A stretch of DNA of 64,000 nt from Lama glama (lineage: Eukaryota), in NCBI GenBank assembly GCA_028534125.1, contig CM052817.1, positions 65,722,001-65,786,000 of the forward strand, given 5' to 3'. Under the pieces are notes generated by a model. It had not been told where the DNA came from, searched no databases, and saw only the letters and a program-made list of their open reading frames with translations. Position 1 is the stretch's first letter, and each line of letters begins with the position of its first letter. Both the position numbers and the translations under genes were made by a program. Of the stretch, positions 50,001 through 63,324 are shown piece by piece.

Positions 50001-50719
50001 TGATAACAGAGGAGAAAAGTCGATGAACTAAAATCAGGAAGGAAACGTATAGGCTATTCACGAATAGGGAAGACTCTGAAAGGAAAAGACGTGGAAGATA
50101 CAAAAACCCTGGAGGAAAAAAAGATGAATATGAAAGATATTACAAAATGCTCTTCCAGTAAATGTTATGTGGTACACTTACGCTTGTGAGAACCACAAAT
50201 AATGCTTTCAGCTGAGTCACAAAGGAAGCAAGAGCCAAAGCCCGTGTCCCCTCATATCTGACAGGATTTCAAGCTTGGTTTGCAGGCAGCTGCCTGATTA
50301 TTATTAAAGGTTACCCATTGGAGCTCCAGCCTATATTTTATTATTTCCATGATTTCTAAAAGTTCACTGTTTATTGAAACTGACTCAGATTGCCAGAATA
50401 AGCAAAACATATCCATTAACATAATGAATTTTCAACATGCTCCCAGTCTACAGTGACGATTAACAGCATAAAAGATTAAAATGATACACATAAATGACTT
50501 TTTGACTGAACTAAGTTCCTAAGTGGATTGCCCTCCCTTGAGATTACCGGCAATGGTCTAAAATTTGAAATATGATGTTCCCATCAGAGATATAAAAGAC
50601 ATTCTTTGCTCTATATCAATTTAAACAGCCATCTCAGATTTAGGAATAATAGAATTATTCCAAGGCAGAGATGTATTTTAATTTTATATTAATATTAAAG
50701 GGGAAAAAAAAACTGCTGC

Positions 50720-50930
50720 TTGCTGTGTTCCTAGTCTATTCTAGGTACTAAGGCTTATTTCTTTTAATCTTGACAATAAATTGGCCTGGCTAGTATTATT
50801 ATATACATTTTATTGTGCATACTGAAGACACTAAGATGCAGCGATGTTAAGTAACTTGCTCAAGGTTAGCCAACTAGCAGTTAGCAGAGCCAGGGTCAGG
50901 CACAGGTCTTCCTGACTCCAACATCTGTTA
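50720..50930 (-). mobile_element. MIR SINE
   Basis: GAAGACACTAAGATGCAGCGATGTTAAGTAACTTGCTCAAGGTTAGCCAACTAG...AGCAGAGCCAGG...CCTGACTCCAA. Confidence 0.75.
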
Positions 50931-52766
50931 TATCCAATGCATAGCACTGATCTTTGAATCTCACATCAATCTCTAAACCAGAGTGTGTTACTTCTGATGA
51001 TCCACAATCATCTTTTTCCTCTTTCAAGTTCCATTCTTGTACCACATTCACTTTATATTTTTCTAAAATTTATTTCCAACCATAGAATTATCTGGAGAAA
51101 AATAGAAGACTGTGAGGTCATACTTGCCATCTGCAGGCTCTTGACTACAGCTATATGGCTAACCCTGAAACAGAATTCCTCACCTCAAAGCTCACCTTCA
51201 TGGCTGAATGGAAACCCAACCAAAAGTGCACATGCTTAGGATGTGGATACAATTTGCCACGGGAGCACTCAGGATTTTTTTTTTTTTAACTACGTTCAAC
51301 AGGCTTTTTCGAGAATCAACCATGGGTGAGTGTGTCTTAGAGCTGCCCTGCAGGAGTGCTTAGTCTGGTAGTTCAACTGAAGGAAGACTGAACAATCCAT
51401 GAGTGAGCACAATGCAACATGGGAGACTCAAGGGCAGCCTTTGTGACTTCTGAATGATTTTTGATTATAGCTGTGGGTCTGAATTAACAACATTTCTTCC
51501 ACATTTGTCCAAGCAAGGAAGACAAAATCCCTATGTATGTCCTACTATAGCAAATGTGGAGTCTCTTTATTAAATTGGCTTTTGTTTCAGGTTTACCACC
51601 TCGACTTCTCTGCTTTAAAGCAGTCTGCTGTGTAAGCTGTCAAAGCTACTAATTAGTTATAGATTGAAAACTTAAGCATATAGTTTATGATCTTATGAGT
51701 TTAGGACCACCTTGTGGTAGATCACATAGCAATATTTTAGTCGGTTGGGCCCTATTTACTATATATTGGTGAGAATGTGAGAAGAAATAAGCCAAGTGCA
51801 ATAAATGTATTTCTCACACACAACCAAAAGAACATATCTGGCTATTAAACCACACTAATTATTCACAAAGTTCGGCAAATATTCAAAATACTGTGGCATT
51901 GGAAGCTAATGCAGTAAAAATAATTCTCACACATTTTCATTCTCTGTGAAAATTGTTCTTCCAATTTGCTTTTAAAGTGTTTACAGTTCATTAGAAAATG
52001 TCTAATCTCCACCAAACAGTATTCAAAGCAGCATATTTTCTATTCCTTCACATTACATCATTGGTGGATAATAATCCAAGAACGTGTTACTGAAAAGTAA
52101 AAGAAGCAACTTGGAAACAGCACTTCATTTTGCAAATTTCCAATTTGCAAAAGAGGAAGCTCAGGTGATGACCCAGCTTCAGGAAAAAAACATAAGACGA
52201 CTTCCTTCTTGGGCGGGGCTTCTGATTGGAATAGTTGACAGTGTGGCTTGAATTTGAGTCTTGGGGATCATTTAAAGAGCAGATATCATTAAGCCAAACC
52301 ATCAGGAGGGAGAAATGTGCTGCTTCACAAAGTCTACATTTATATTCAACTACCAGTGAGTGCCCCAGGGAGTATGGGAAGAAAATGGAGGCAGTGAAGT
52401 TCAGGGTAAATCATGGCATAAATGCCACCTTGGGCATTCCATTCTATCTACTTAATTATATGAGAAAATCAGAGCTACTTCTTCATTTTTATGCACAAGA
52501 GAGAAAGAAAATAGTCACTTTATTTTGTTTTTAAATAAATAGCAAGCATTGATATCCAAGTTTATCTTCAAAAGAAAAAACAATGGGCAAATATTCTCTG
52601 GGAAATCTTCATGATTTACAGTAATAGGGATTTCACCCTGCTAAATTGCTTTTTCCAGGGCGTCCCTTTCCTAGTGATTGTTGTCCAAAGGTTATGCAGT
52701 CATAGCCAACAGAACATACACTACAGAATTAGCGAAATGGTAGCATTCAGGAAGGAGTTCCATTTA

Positions 52767-52898
52767 GGGGACGTGGGGTAGAGCCCAAGGGTAGAGTGCA
52801 TAGCCCAGTGGTACAAAACTTGCTTAGCATGCGTGAGGTCCTGAGTTCAATCCCCAGTACTTCCCTTAACAAAAACAAAAATTTTAAAAATAAATAAA
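52767..52898 (+). mobile_element. Camelid tRNA-derived SINE (Vic-1-like) with duplicated A-box region
   Basis: ...TGCTTAGCATGCGTGAGGTCCTGAGTTCAATCCCCAGTACTTCC plus A-rich tail. TSD AAGGAGTTCCATTTA (52752-52766) / AAGGAAGTTCCATTTA (52899-52914). Confidence 0.9.
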
Positions 52899-55849
52899 AA
52901 GGAAGTTCCATTTAAATTCACGTATGTCCAAGGTAAGGATTGTTTGAGCTAGATTAATCTCCAGGTTTTTTCCAGTCACTTTTGATTCATCAGAAGGTAA
53001 AGAGAGACAGGAGGTTACTTGTAATGACATGGATGGATAATTACACTCCTTTTTTCTTTATTATCTTGATGATGGCTCATGTGGACAAACTTGGTACAGG
53101 TCTAACCTATCTTTTGCAGACCCTGGAACAAGAATATGAACAGAGTCCAAATTATTTAAAACATATAAATCGAGTTTTGTTTTTAAAAAAAAAAAAACAC
53201 TGATTAAATAAAATACGTCCTATCTTCCTATCTAAACAAGTATCCTTTAAACCGCCTAGAACCCCAGACGGGAATTTTGGATTCTCGAACGTTTCAGAGT
53301 TGCAGGCTGGGAAGTCAGCAAGCTCAGGATCTCTGTCCTGGGCTGTGAAAACTGTGGAAAGTTATTTTCCAAATCTGCTCCAATTTTCCAACATTACTCC
53401 AAGAATGTGCAGATCAAAACTGAACAGAATATGCTCCACTTTGGAAAGAATGGCCGTGTATACATATTTCACAAAGATAGCCATCCAGAATAGTTTTAGG
53501 ACTTGAGAGAGTTTTATTCATCTGAAAATGCACTTATAAGACTCAGCTCATGCCTGAAGGCAACCAAATAAATGCAAACCCTCTAGACTTCCACCAGCAT
53601 TGGGCTCATAGCTAACATAACAGAAAGACAATTTCTTGGCTCTCACGTGTCGCATCACTGCCACGGCGTGTATCAGTTACAATTTATGGCCCTGTCACAG
53701 TTTGGTACTGCTGGCTAAAAGGCTTTTTTTCTAAACAGCTTTCTGTATGGAAAATTCAGAACCCAACTGTTTGGATGGTTTGATTATTTAAATATTTTTT
53801 CATTGTTTTTGTTCATTTATTTAACTCATTCTATCAGCACTGGTAATTTATCAATTACTTGTTCAGGTATAAGATCTACGGAGATTGAAACAAATAAGCT
53901 TTTGCCAAGTCCAGGGACTTGGGCTATTATCTGGTCTACCTAGGGTTAAATATTTACATTTGATAATATGATTCGAGTGCTTTGAAAAATGCCTCAACAT
54001 TTTCTCAAGAAAAACAGTATTTTTGCAGGGACTTAATGAGAGTAAAGCACCATTTGAAGAATTCAGCTCTGTATAAGGGAAGGCACCATCCACAAGGAAA
54101 CCAGCAGCTTCACTTGGGTACCTAATTCTGTTAGGAATTCTTAAGCCTACCTTTCCCCTCTGTATCACAAATTCTTACTGAGTGCTCACTCTAAGCAATT
54201 CTCATTTGTTAGCTTATTATCTCATTTATTTCCCCTATAAAAACTCCAAGGTCCACATGGGATCAGAAGCCTCAATCCTCCTCACAGGAGAGTACCATCT
54301 AAGACTAGCAGCTTTGGAAGAATCTCACAGTTCTATAAATACTACTGCCTGGCTAGAAAAGTTCTAATTCCATGTTCTGTACAGAGTGTAACTCCATGTT
54401 GGTGCTCCATAAAAGTTAAACACCAATAATAACTGTGGTGGTAATCAGAATCTGTTTTGATATAAACTAGTTTATCTCAACCTTGTTTTTACCCTGTGTC
54501 TCCTAGTAATTGTCAGGCATTTTCCCTGCTGTTCTTGTCTTTTTTAATTACATCCTACTGACATGACTCTTAAAGCATCTTAAAGCAAATGGAAGGAAGG
54601 CTTAATGCTTTCTACACAAAAGGAGCAGCAGGAAGCAGGTGCCTAGCAGTCAGCATAACGAACTCAAAAGAACTGGGCCGATCTTGCTTTCATTCCCCAT
54701 AAATACAAAGGGGGATTTCCAGTTGAGGAAATCATCAAAGAAAGAGTAAGTAACATTCTTAAAGTCACATGTAGCCAAGCCCAGATTTCTACTCAGGTCA
54801 ATCTGACTCCACATTCAGTGCTTCTCCTGTGGATGAGGGCTAGTGATTGCTTTGAGAAGAAAAGGAGACAGAATTAAAACTTGACTCCATATTGTTCTGG
54901 CTTCGAAAGGAATGAGATTCAAAATGTGTGTCTCTGATGAGGCTGGAGAAGTGGGGGGTGGTCTTGTTAAGGAGGCAACTTGTTTAATGACTGCGGATGG
55001 CATCTTCTCCCTGACCAATCATATCACATTTCTGTAGACTGTCACAAAGGGGGTGGGGTCAGCAAGAGGGACAGAGAAGTGCAAAGCTAGCAACACTAAC
55101 GAAAACCAACCCGAAACACAGGCCCAGTTGTCAGCAGATGAACAGTCGCTGCAGGACAGCGCCGCAATCCGGAGTAGCCAAGCCCTTCCCCCTCTGCTCT
55201 GGCCTGAGGAAGAGCTGGCCCTTTGTTCCCATCATTGACGAGGAGATACAGCCTTCACTCACTCGAGCCCTGATACTTTTACTCCTTCTATCCCTATTTT
55301 AATGTCTTTCTTTAACGTCCTGCTGGCTTGTGACTAGGCTTCAAGCTGAACCTTGCCTTATCATCATTCTGGCAAAAAATTTAATCATTTCATTATAAAG
55401 TCTTTTGTTTACTCTCCATTAGAAATAGATTATTTATTAGATAATCCTATAAAGAGGTTGTTAAAGCTGTTCCTCCCACTGGATTGTGAGCAATTTGAGA
55501 TGTCTGAATCGTCTTTAGATATACCCCCTACCTAGTACACAGTAAATGATACGTAAATGAGAAAAAAATGAAATTCCCACTGTTGGTAACTGGTTGAGGC
55601 AGTCATGGAGGCCGATTCATGAAGTGAAGCCATGTGCTGGTCCATCTAGAATAAAGTTGTTTTCTTCCTGGTTCCTCCCTTGAAGATAGATCTTTATATT
55701 AAAAATAGTGTCATTTCCTCAAAAGATTAAGCACTGAGTAAAGATTCTCTAGGATCTTCTAAGCTGTGGATAGAAGCTGCTGCAATACATACATAATCCA
55801 AAGTTAGTACTTAATGTTAACCTTATTCATGCATTTTTAAGCCATATTT

Positions 55850-56370
55850 ATGTTATACATAAGGAAGCTATCAATAAATAATCACAGTCCCTGATTTCCA
55901 GAATCTTATAGTCTAGTGGGAAAGACAGTTATAACTTACAAAAATAATTATTAAATTACAAATGTAGAAAAATATAATTCAAAAAGTTCCATATGGAAAA
56001 ATATGGGTACCATGTTAAGCATACAGCAGAAGGAACTCATCTTCTTTGGTGAAGGGGTGACCTTGACAAATAACATGCGGGAAAGAAAGAAGATAATTTA
56101 AGAGACTCTTGCAATTGTCTGTGAAAGAGATAATGTTGACATGGACCAGTGTGGTGTCAGTTCAGATGAACAGAAGTGGATATATTTGATTTCAAAATTT
56201 GAATTGTTAAGATTCTGTGATTGGATGGAAGAGTGATGAAAGATAAAGAGAGCAAGGATGACTCTCAGTGAATAATGATGCCATTCACTGAGATAAGGAG
56301 CAATGACGGGGCAGTAGGTGGATGGGGAGCAGGAAAGAATGAAGAATTCAATTTGGGACATGTTTCCTGA
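55850..56370 (-). mobile_element. L2 fragment
   Basis: CAGTCCCTGATTTCCAGAATCTTATAGTCTAGTGGGAAAGACAG...GATGCCATTCACTGAGATAAGGA...GAATTCAATTTGGGACATGTT. Confidence 0.75.
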
Positions 56371-57663
56371 AAGAGTATTTATATGAGCCCTAAAAAATGG
56401 AACTAAAACTCTGTAAATAAGAGATTTTTTCAGCCTTCAAATAAACTTTATAACAATTTTCTCTACTGCAATTGAGAAAGATCAAGCAGAATGCAATGGA
56501 CTAATGTCATTCAGAGCGCTCCCAAAACTTTGAATATCACTCCACATTTTGAGAGGTTCCTATATTTTGAATCCTACCCTCCTGGGTTAAAATTTTAAGA
56601 AAAAAAAATATTTTCCAGGTTCCTTTACAGCTAGGTGAGCCTTAAATTCCATCAGTCAAAAGTGCCTGCTGAGACTTTGAGTTGAAAATGAGCTACTGAA
56701 AGCAGGACGCCTGCATCAATGATGTGCGGGCATTGTCATGAAGCTGGTGGCGGTACCAGTAATCAATATCAGGCCAGTTAAAAGTGAAGCTCTGTTGTTG
56801 TTTCTGAAAGCTGAGAGCCTACTTCTCCAGATCTCTCAGCAATTCTGTGTAATAGTCCCTGGTAGCTCCCATTCTATTTAAAGGAACAAGTTATCCTCTT
56901 CAACTAAAACAACCCAGAGTCTAATTACTACATAGTGACAATTATATTAATATATTGATAGAACATTTCTACTTAAACACATTGTTATACATTGAACAAT
57001 AAGTGACACATTTATTTTACCCATTGCAAAGCACGTTCATATTCATTGTTTATCTAAGGTAGTCAGTACATGTATTTTCCTCTCATTACAAAAAGTAAAA
57101 TAGAGATCCCAGATGTTTAATGATTTATCTAATGCCACAGAGCTAATTGATAGAGATGGGTCTCAAGTCTAGGCTTTTTAATTCCAAACTCCATGTTTCT
57201 AAGAAGTAACAGCATTTAGGACAAATATAATAAACTAGTTAGTAAAATTCACGAAAACATATTAGTGAAACAGGTCATTTAACTTTAATGAGCTTTTAAA
57301 ATCAGATACAAAAGACCAAAAAAAAAAAAATCCGCCATAGGGGATAATGTTATTAATTCATTCCTGAAATGCAAGTCAACAATATTAGTGTTTTTGAAAA
57401 ACTCTTTAATATTTCTTGGCAGTCTAGGCATTGGTTTGCCTAAGTTGACAATTACATATGATTGAATTTGTATTATTGAGAGACATAGAGGACAAGAAAT
57501 GTTTATTCAAAATATGTTAAATCTACTTGAATTTAGAAAGTATTTCATTTCTTTAGCTGCCACACTTAAATCAGGGGTAGATGACAATTAAGCAAATGGT
57601 TTTGAAAACTGAATATTCTGTTTCACAAAATAGTTTACTCCCCAAACTCTGCTACACTTACAA

Positions 57664-57689
57664 ACACACACACACACACACACACACAC
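57664..57689. repeat. (CA)n microsatellite
   Basis: Directly visible. Confidence 0.9.
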
Positions 57690-57829
57690 TCTCAGAAGCA
57701 TGTACAAGTAGAGAAACTAGCAAAGCTGCTGGAAATCTAGTGCACTGAAATTATTCAACAGGAAATCACTTAATTCTCCCAAAATACAAGCGTTTTGAAC
57801 AATGATTTACCTATATGTCCAAGAATAAA

Positions 57830-58050
57830 CGTTAGAGTTGGAGTTTGAATTCCCACTCTGCTACTTGTTAACTGTGTAATCTTTGGCAAATTCCTTTCCG
57901 CATCAGCGTTTTTCAACTTAAAAATTAGAACAGTACTAATCATATTTAGCCCAGAGGACTCTGGAGAGAATAATTACTCCATATATGCAAAGGCACTAAT
58001 CATGGTATTGGATACATTGTAAGTACTCACCATGTGTTGATTGTATTTCT
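57830..58050 (+). mobile_element. MIR SINE
   Basis: GAGTTTGAATTCCCACTCTGCTACTTGTTAACTGTGTAATCTTTGGCAAATT. Confidence 0.75.
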
Positions 58051-59411
58051 AAATAAGAGTGTACTAGATCCACAAATTAAAATGTTATCATTTAAAATCA
58101 TCTTCAAATGAAAGGTCTCCAATGTACCCCCTTTCTTCTTGGGTAAATTATGTGTTTGTTGTCCTAGAAAGAGAGCTATAATTTGACTCTCCATAAAATT
58201 TCCTTGATCCTGAGGCTATAACACTTAAGCATTCAGAGTATTAGAAAGTTGAGTATCTAAATAGGGTCCTCTGAAAGAATTTTGATTACATTGTATACTC
58301 CCATCTTACTGCCTTGGAACAAAATAATTATACTCTTTTGAACACGAGGTTTCAGTGCACCAACCCAGATTTCTAAAGCTGTGCAGCCTCTGGCCAGATA
58401 GAGCTTGATGATATGAAATTCGGTCCACCTTGTTCTCTTGATAACCAAAACAATTTTAACAATCATGGAAATTAAAATCCCGTGCAATAGCTGGTAATGT
58501 GGCACAGAAGGGGGACAGTGGGTACACTTAAACTCTACAAAATCTACTCAAAGTTGTGCTCAGTTTTATCTGAAAAACAAACAAGAAAGCAAATAGTAGC
58601 TTTAATTCTTGTTTCTTGGAAAGAAAATTAGGTGCTCTTCCCCTGGCATGTAAAGAGAGAATGCACATGTTAGCATTCAAGACTTCTTAAAACTGCATCT
58701 GCATTTTGTCTGGAGAGAAAATGTTAGCATTGCTCCCTTGATTGTCCTGAAACATTTTTTGAGTCGACATGGTATTCATGTTGGTCTCTGTACCTTTCCT
58801 CAATCTGGTTAAGAGTGCTTATACCTTCCAGACTTTCTAAGCCATCAGTAGTTTTCCTGTCCATCACTTCAACAGCACAAGACAGGACCATAACACAGAA
58901 AATTTAAGCCAAGGTGAAAGAAAAATTGTGACTTGTCTTGGCCCTCTCCTGGACGTTAGGTTTCTCCTCTGGCTTTTTACTGAGTTTGCCTGAGAGGCCT
59001 CTGAGAGCCATAGCTGCTCATTTATGTGACCCCTTTCTTGCTAAAACCACGTCAAATCTTGTTCTCTCATTTTAACTATATTCCTGCCCCTCTGTTTACT
59101 GGAGTAGATTTTCCTTAAAGATTAGCCTTGCCTAAGACCTCATGACCCAAGATTTATTACTTTCTGCATCTTCCTTCCCCCTTGCATTGTAAGAGCGTCC
59201 TTGTGTTCTGCCTATAACCCACACACTGACAGAGAAACATTATTTTTTTTCTACTTCCAAAAGTTTGCATAATTGCCAGATCTACGTGTGGAAGCTGTGT
59301 AACTGCGCTGACACGGGATGAAAGGCAAAGGCAATTTTTTGTAACTCTGCTACCACTTAGAAGCACAGCGTTGCAAAACTAGAGACATGGGATTTCAAAG
59401 AATGTATAAGG

Positions 59412-59610
59412 CAGAGGTTGAAAATTCAAATGCATTTCGAGTCCAGGCAGGTAAAATTATTATGTTTGGGGATTACACGTAAAACAATAGAGTCTTGGAT
59501 CGCCGGTGAATTGACTCCAGCCACTGAAAATAATTACACGCTGTGCTCTGCGAACAAAGCCTCTAAATGAGCCAGAGTCCACCTTTGGCCCATATCAGTT
59601 TTGTGATCCA
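59412..59610. mobile_element. hAT-Charlie MITE (MER112/MER102-like)
   Basis: CAGAGGTTGAAAATTCAAATGCATTTCGAGTCCAGGCAGGTAA...CAGTTTTGTGATCC. Family from recall. Confidence 0.45.
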
Positions 59611-60429
59611 TAACCGGTCAAATGGCTCTCCTCTCAATTCATTAAACCCTCACTGAAGAATATATTCTCCCCATCACTTTTTAAATAACAAAGTCCTGGT
59701 ATTACCTGACGGCTAAGAAAGCCCTTTCTGCTTTTCACACCAAATATCCAATCCAAAGAAGACCTCTGCAGTGTTTTTTGTTTTGTTTTGTTTTTCCCTA
59801 AAACACATCTCAGACACAATCAATTCACTTTTAAAGACACAGTTGCAGTGAGGATTGTAATCACTTTACATTTTGGTCTTCCACAAAACCCTCCTAACTC
59901 TAAGTGTATCAGTCTACGGGACACACAACCACAAGAATCACCTTCCTTAAATATGTCGCAGTAATATTGTTTCTCTGCCTGACAAACTGCAGGGGGCCTC
60001 AACCCCTCCCTGTGCTCATTCTGAATTCTTGATGATGACAAGAAAGCTTCTTTTTAACATATTCACCCTTTTTCAATTACGCTTCCTCCTCTCTTATTCC
60101 CATTTGAACTCATCTTCTATTTCAAGCAAATTTGCTTCTTACCTTCAACGCTAAGCCAGTTTCTGAATTTTGGCACACATTTTCCCTCTCTCTTCTCCCA
60201 CAAATGTCCACTCCATTTCTTTTTTCCCTAAAACTGTGCCCTTTGCTCTTTCAAGATATCACTCAAGACATAAGACCTCAAAGAACAAATCACAAATAAA
60301 CCTGAAGATTTTGGTCATGTCAGTCATGCAAGCATCACCTCGGCACCCCTGGACATATAGAGAGTTTTATGTCTCATAGTTGGTTGTGCACGTAATTACA
60401 GGGATTTTACAACTGGAAGTACAGAATGA

Positions 60430-60790
60430 TGGTTAAACATGCAGGAATTAGAGCCAGATTAGGTTCATATCTTTACCCCTCACTAGTTGAGTGATCCGAG
60501 GCTAAATAATTAACTTATCTGATCAAAAGATAAGTTTGTCATCTGGAAAATAAAGGCATCATGAGATTCATTCATTCACTGAGCAAATGTTTATTGAGCA
60601 TATGCTCCGTGGAAGGATCTGTTATCGGTGGTAAAAATACAATAGTGTAAATAAAAGACAAAAATGTTGAACCTCATGCAGCTTATGGTCTAGCGGATTG
60701 TGGGAAGAATAAATGAGATAATCAATATCTTAGCACAAAGTTTCTCAGTGGTAAGCACTAAATAAATGTTAGCTACTAACAATATTTTTT
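60430..60790 (+). mobile_element. MIR split by an antisense L2 3' end (about 60567-60693)
   Basis: MIR core, then TTCATTCATTCACTGAGCAAATGTTTATTGAGCA...GCTTATGGTCTAGC, then MIR resumes GGATTGTGGGAAGAATAAATGAGATAAT. Confidence 0.75.
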
Positions 60791-62424
60791 AAGCTAAAAT
60801 TGGATAGTAACTTGAGGAAATTAGCACATGTCTCATGGAGAAAGTGTAACATGGTTTTAGGATTACTTCTGCAAGAATTTTGTAAGACTTGAACTAGGTC
60901 TTGCATTTAAAGATCTTTGCAAAGGGTTTGGACCATAAGGAATACTTAGGTAAGTGGCAATTGTCGGTATAGCCACTGCTGTTGTCATAAATGAAGATGT
61001 TCAAAGTGTCCCCATTGCTAGTAGGATATGAGAAAGTTCCATCTGCCTGGTCACTAATTTTGTTGTTGCAAGTACATCATGCTGCCTTAGAAAGGGAGAC
61101 CTTGGACTTCCTCAGAGCTGCTAGGTCCCTGGTCTCTCCATTGGAGCCATCTTTGTTGCGGCTCCTATCTCATAGCCATCTTTTTAACCTAATCACATAA
61201 TGAGGAAATCACATAATGAGGAAACTGTAAATGTTTTCTTTAAAACACCAGTGATTATATATAGATGGCAAAACTAACCTTCCCTAAACCAAATGTGGCA
61301 GAATCTCTGGAACAAAATGCTGCATGCTCAGAAACAGTAAAGGAGCAGGAGCGAGGAAATTTGGTCCAGAGATCCCAGAAAAACTATTTACTGGCAATTC
61401 TGTCTATATCTGATTTGTTGGAATCTGAATCATTAGTGTCTTGATAGCAAGTAATTACTTCCTCTGAGATCAAGGTAACGAGGGAAATGGCCTTCGCTTT
61501 GAACTTCATAGCAGAATTAAGACTGAACTTGTTTTACAGATAAGTGGCCTAAAGGCAGAGGCAGGATAAGGAACTAATGGATCATTGATGGAGAAAGAAG
61601 GCTTACATTTGGCCCCTTTAAGGCTTTTATGCCAAACCCCCCGGGCACCATCCGGCAGGAGAGGAACTCTGTATTTTGGAAACAAAACTGCCTGAATATA
61701 ATCTGCACAGAGATTAAACACTGTTTTCAAAAAGAGCCTCTTCCAGACTATTTTAAGAGGACCTTCAGGATCACCCAACTCATTTCCTCTCTGACTCACT
61801 TGATGCAGTTTTCAGTCAGTTTCAGGAAGTAGAAGGAACCTAATATATTCTCTTATTTACTTCCCACAAAATGCCTCATTTTATCAACAAGGAAAATGAA
61901 GTTCAGGAAAAAGATATTTCCCAGCCAGCAAGTTGGTAAGACCATAATGCAGATCTTGGTCTGCTGATCTCCAGAGCCAATGCTTTATTCTTGTTGCTCA
62001 TTATAAACACATTAAGTGCTGTGGTTTGGAGGTTGGTTCACAAGTATGAATGTGGGTGACTTTCCCATCACTACCACCACACTGGGTTTCTAAGGCTCTG
62101 TGAGCCTTTGCTTTAGTTCAAGATTGTCATAGGAGGATGTCCCAGTGGTGTTCTTATGGGATTAGTCAGGGAGATAGAATGAAGGCTTGGGATTCTAATG
62201 GCCTTGATCTCTGTTGGATGTAACTGTTCAAGGTGTTGGTTGTTGACAAAGCTAAGTGTGGACGAAAGGGGAAGGTAATTTGAACTGGACTGTTGCATTT
62301 GTCGGATTAGCTCAGATGACAGTTGAAGTCTGCAGAGAATGATTCAGCTCACACACAGCTCCTAGGTGCTCATTTCTGCCCAGATGACCCCTCCAGTGAC
62401 GCTCTATGCTATTGTCATTCTAAG

Positions 62425-62555
62425 CATGCAGCTTTGGTATCACCTGGGGGGTTAGTGGAAATGCAGAATTTCCAGCTCCAGATCTACCAAATCAGAGTCT
62501 ACATTTTAACCACATTCCCCAGGGCATCTTTATGTTAGAGTTAGAAGTAGTCCAA
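62425..62555. mobile_element. MER5A-like fragment
   Basis: ATCACCTGGGGGGTTAGTGGAAATGCAGAATTTCCAGCTCCAGATCTACCAAATCAGAGTCTACATTTTAAC. Confidence 0.8.
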
Positions 62556-63324
62556 TATGTTATCTCTATACTAGGCTTAAGACAGAAGAAATCTTCGTGA
62601 AGCTTTCTTTGGTCTCATCTGCCTGAGCTTCCTCACAATCTCTCATTCTAACTGCCTCCCTGGGAATCTGCCTGGTAAACAGAACCCAGGGCTCCCCTCC
62701 CTGGGAACTATCAACTCCTCTATGCTCGTCACCTACCTGCCTCTCTCCTCTCCCCGGGCCCCAGGGAATTTTTTTTCCCTAGCCTTAGTGGACCTACTCT
62801 TTTCCATTGTTTGTCCCAGTTTTTTTTATGTATCTTCACTTAGGTCTATTAGGGCTTAAGTGCTTTTGGAACAAAAAAGCCCAAAAGACTAGGAATCCAA
62901 TTTCCAGATCCACCCTGCCCTCAGCCCTGAGCTGAGGCCACTAAATAGAACCAACTCTCTGTTGAAATGAAGTCAAAATAAGGGAATAAAGAGAGGTGAG
63001 GCTGGGAGCATGGAGAGAACTGATTAATTTATCAGAAAAGTAAGCTGCCACACTTACACATGATGCGTTCTAACGAAATATTCTCATGGTGTGTTTCTGT
63101 CTATGTTGTTGCTTTTCGTAGATTCCTAGAAACTAAGGCCTGATTCTCCCTTCGACCTTGGATCCACATAGATGCTGAGAAGACGTCCAGATAGTTGTGG
63201 TTGACTTAAAGCACCTCTGGCTTGAGATTATTCAGCTAGAAAATGACCCCACGTCTGTCCACTCTGAGCACGTGGGGAGGTCGTCCAGGCCGGCAGCTAA
63301 CAATGTGAGCACTGCCATCCGACT

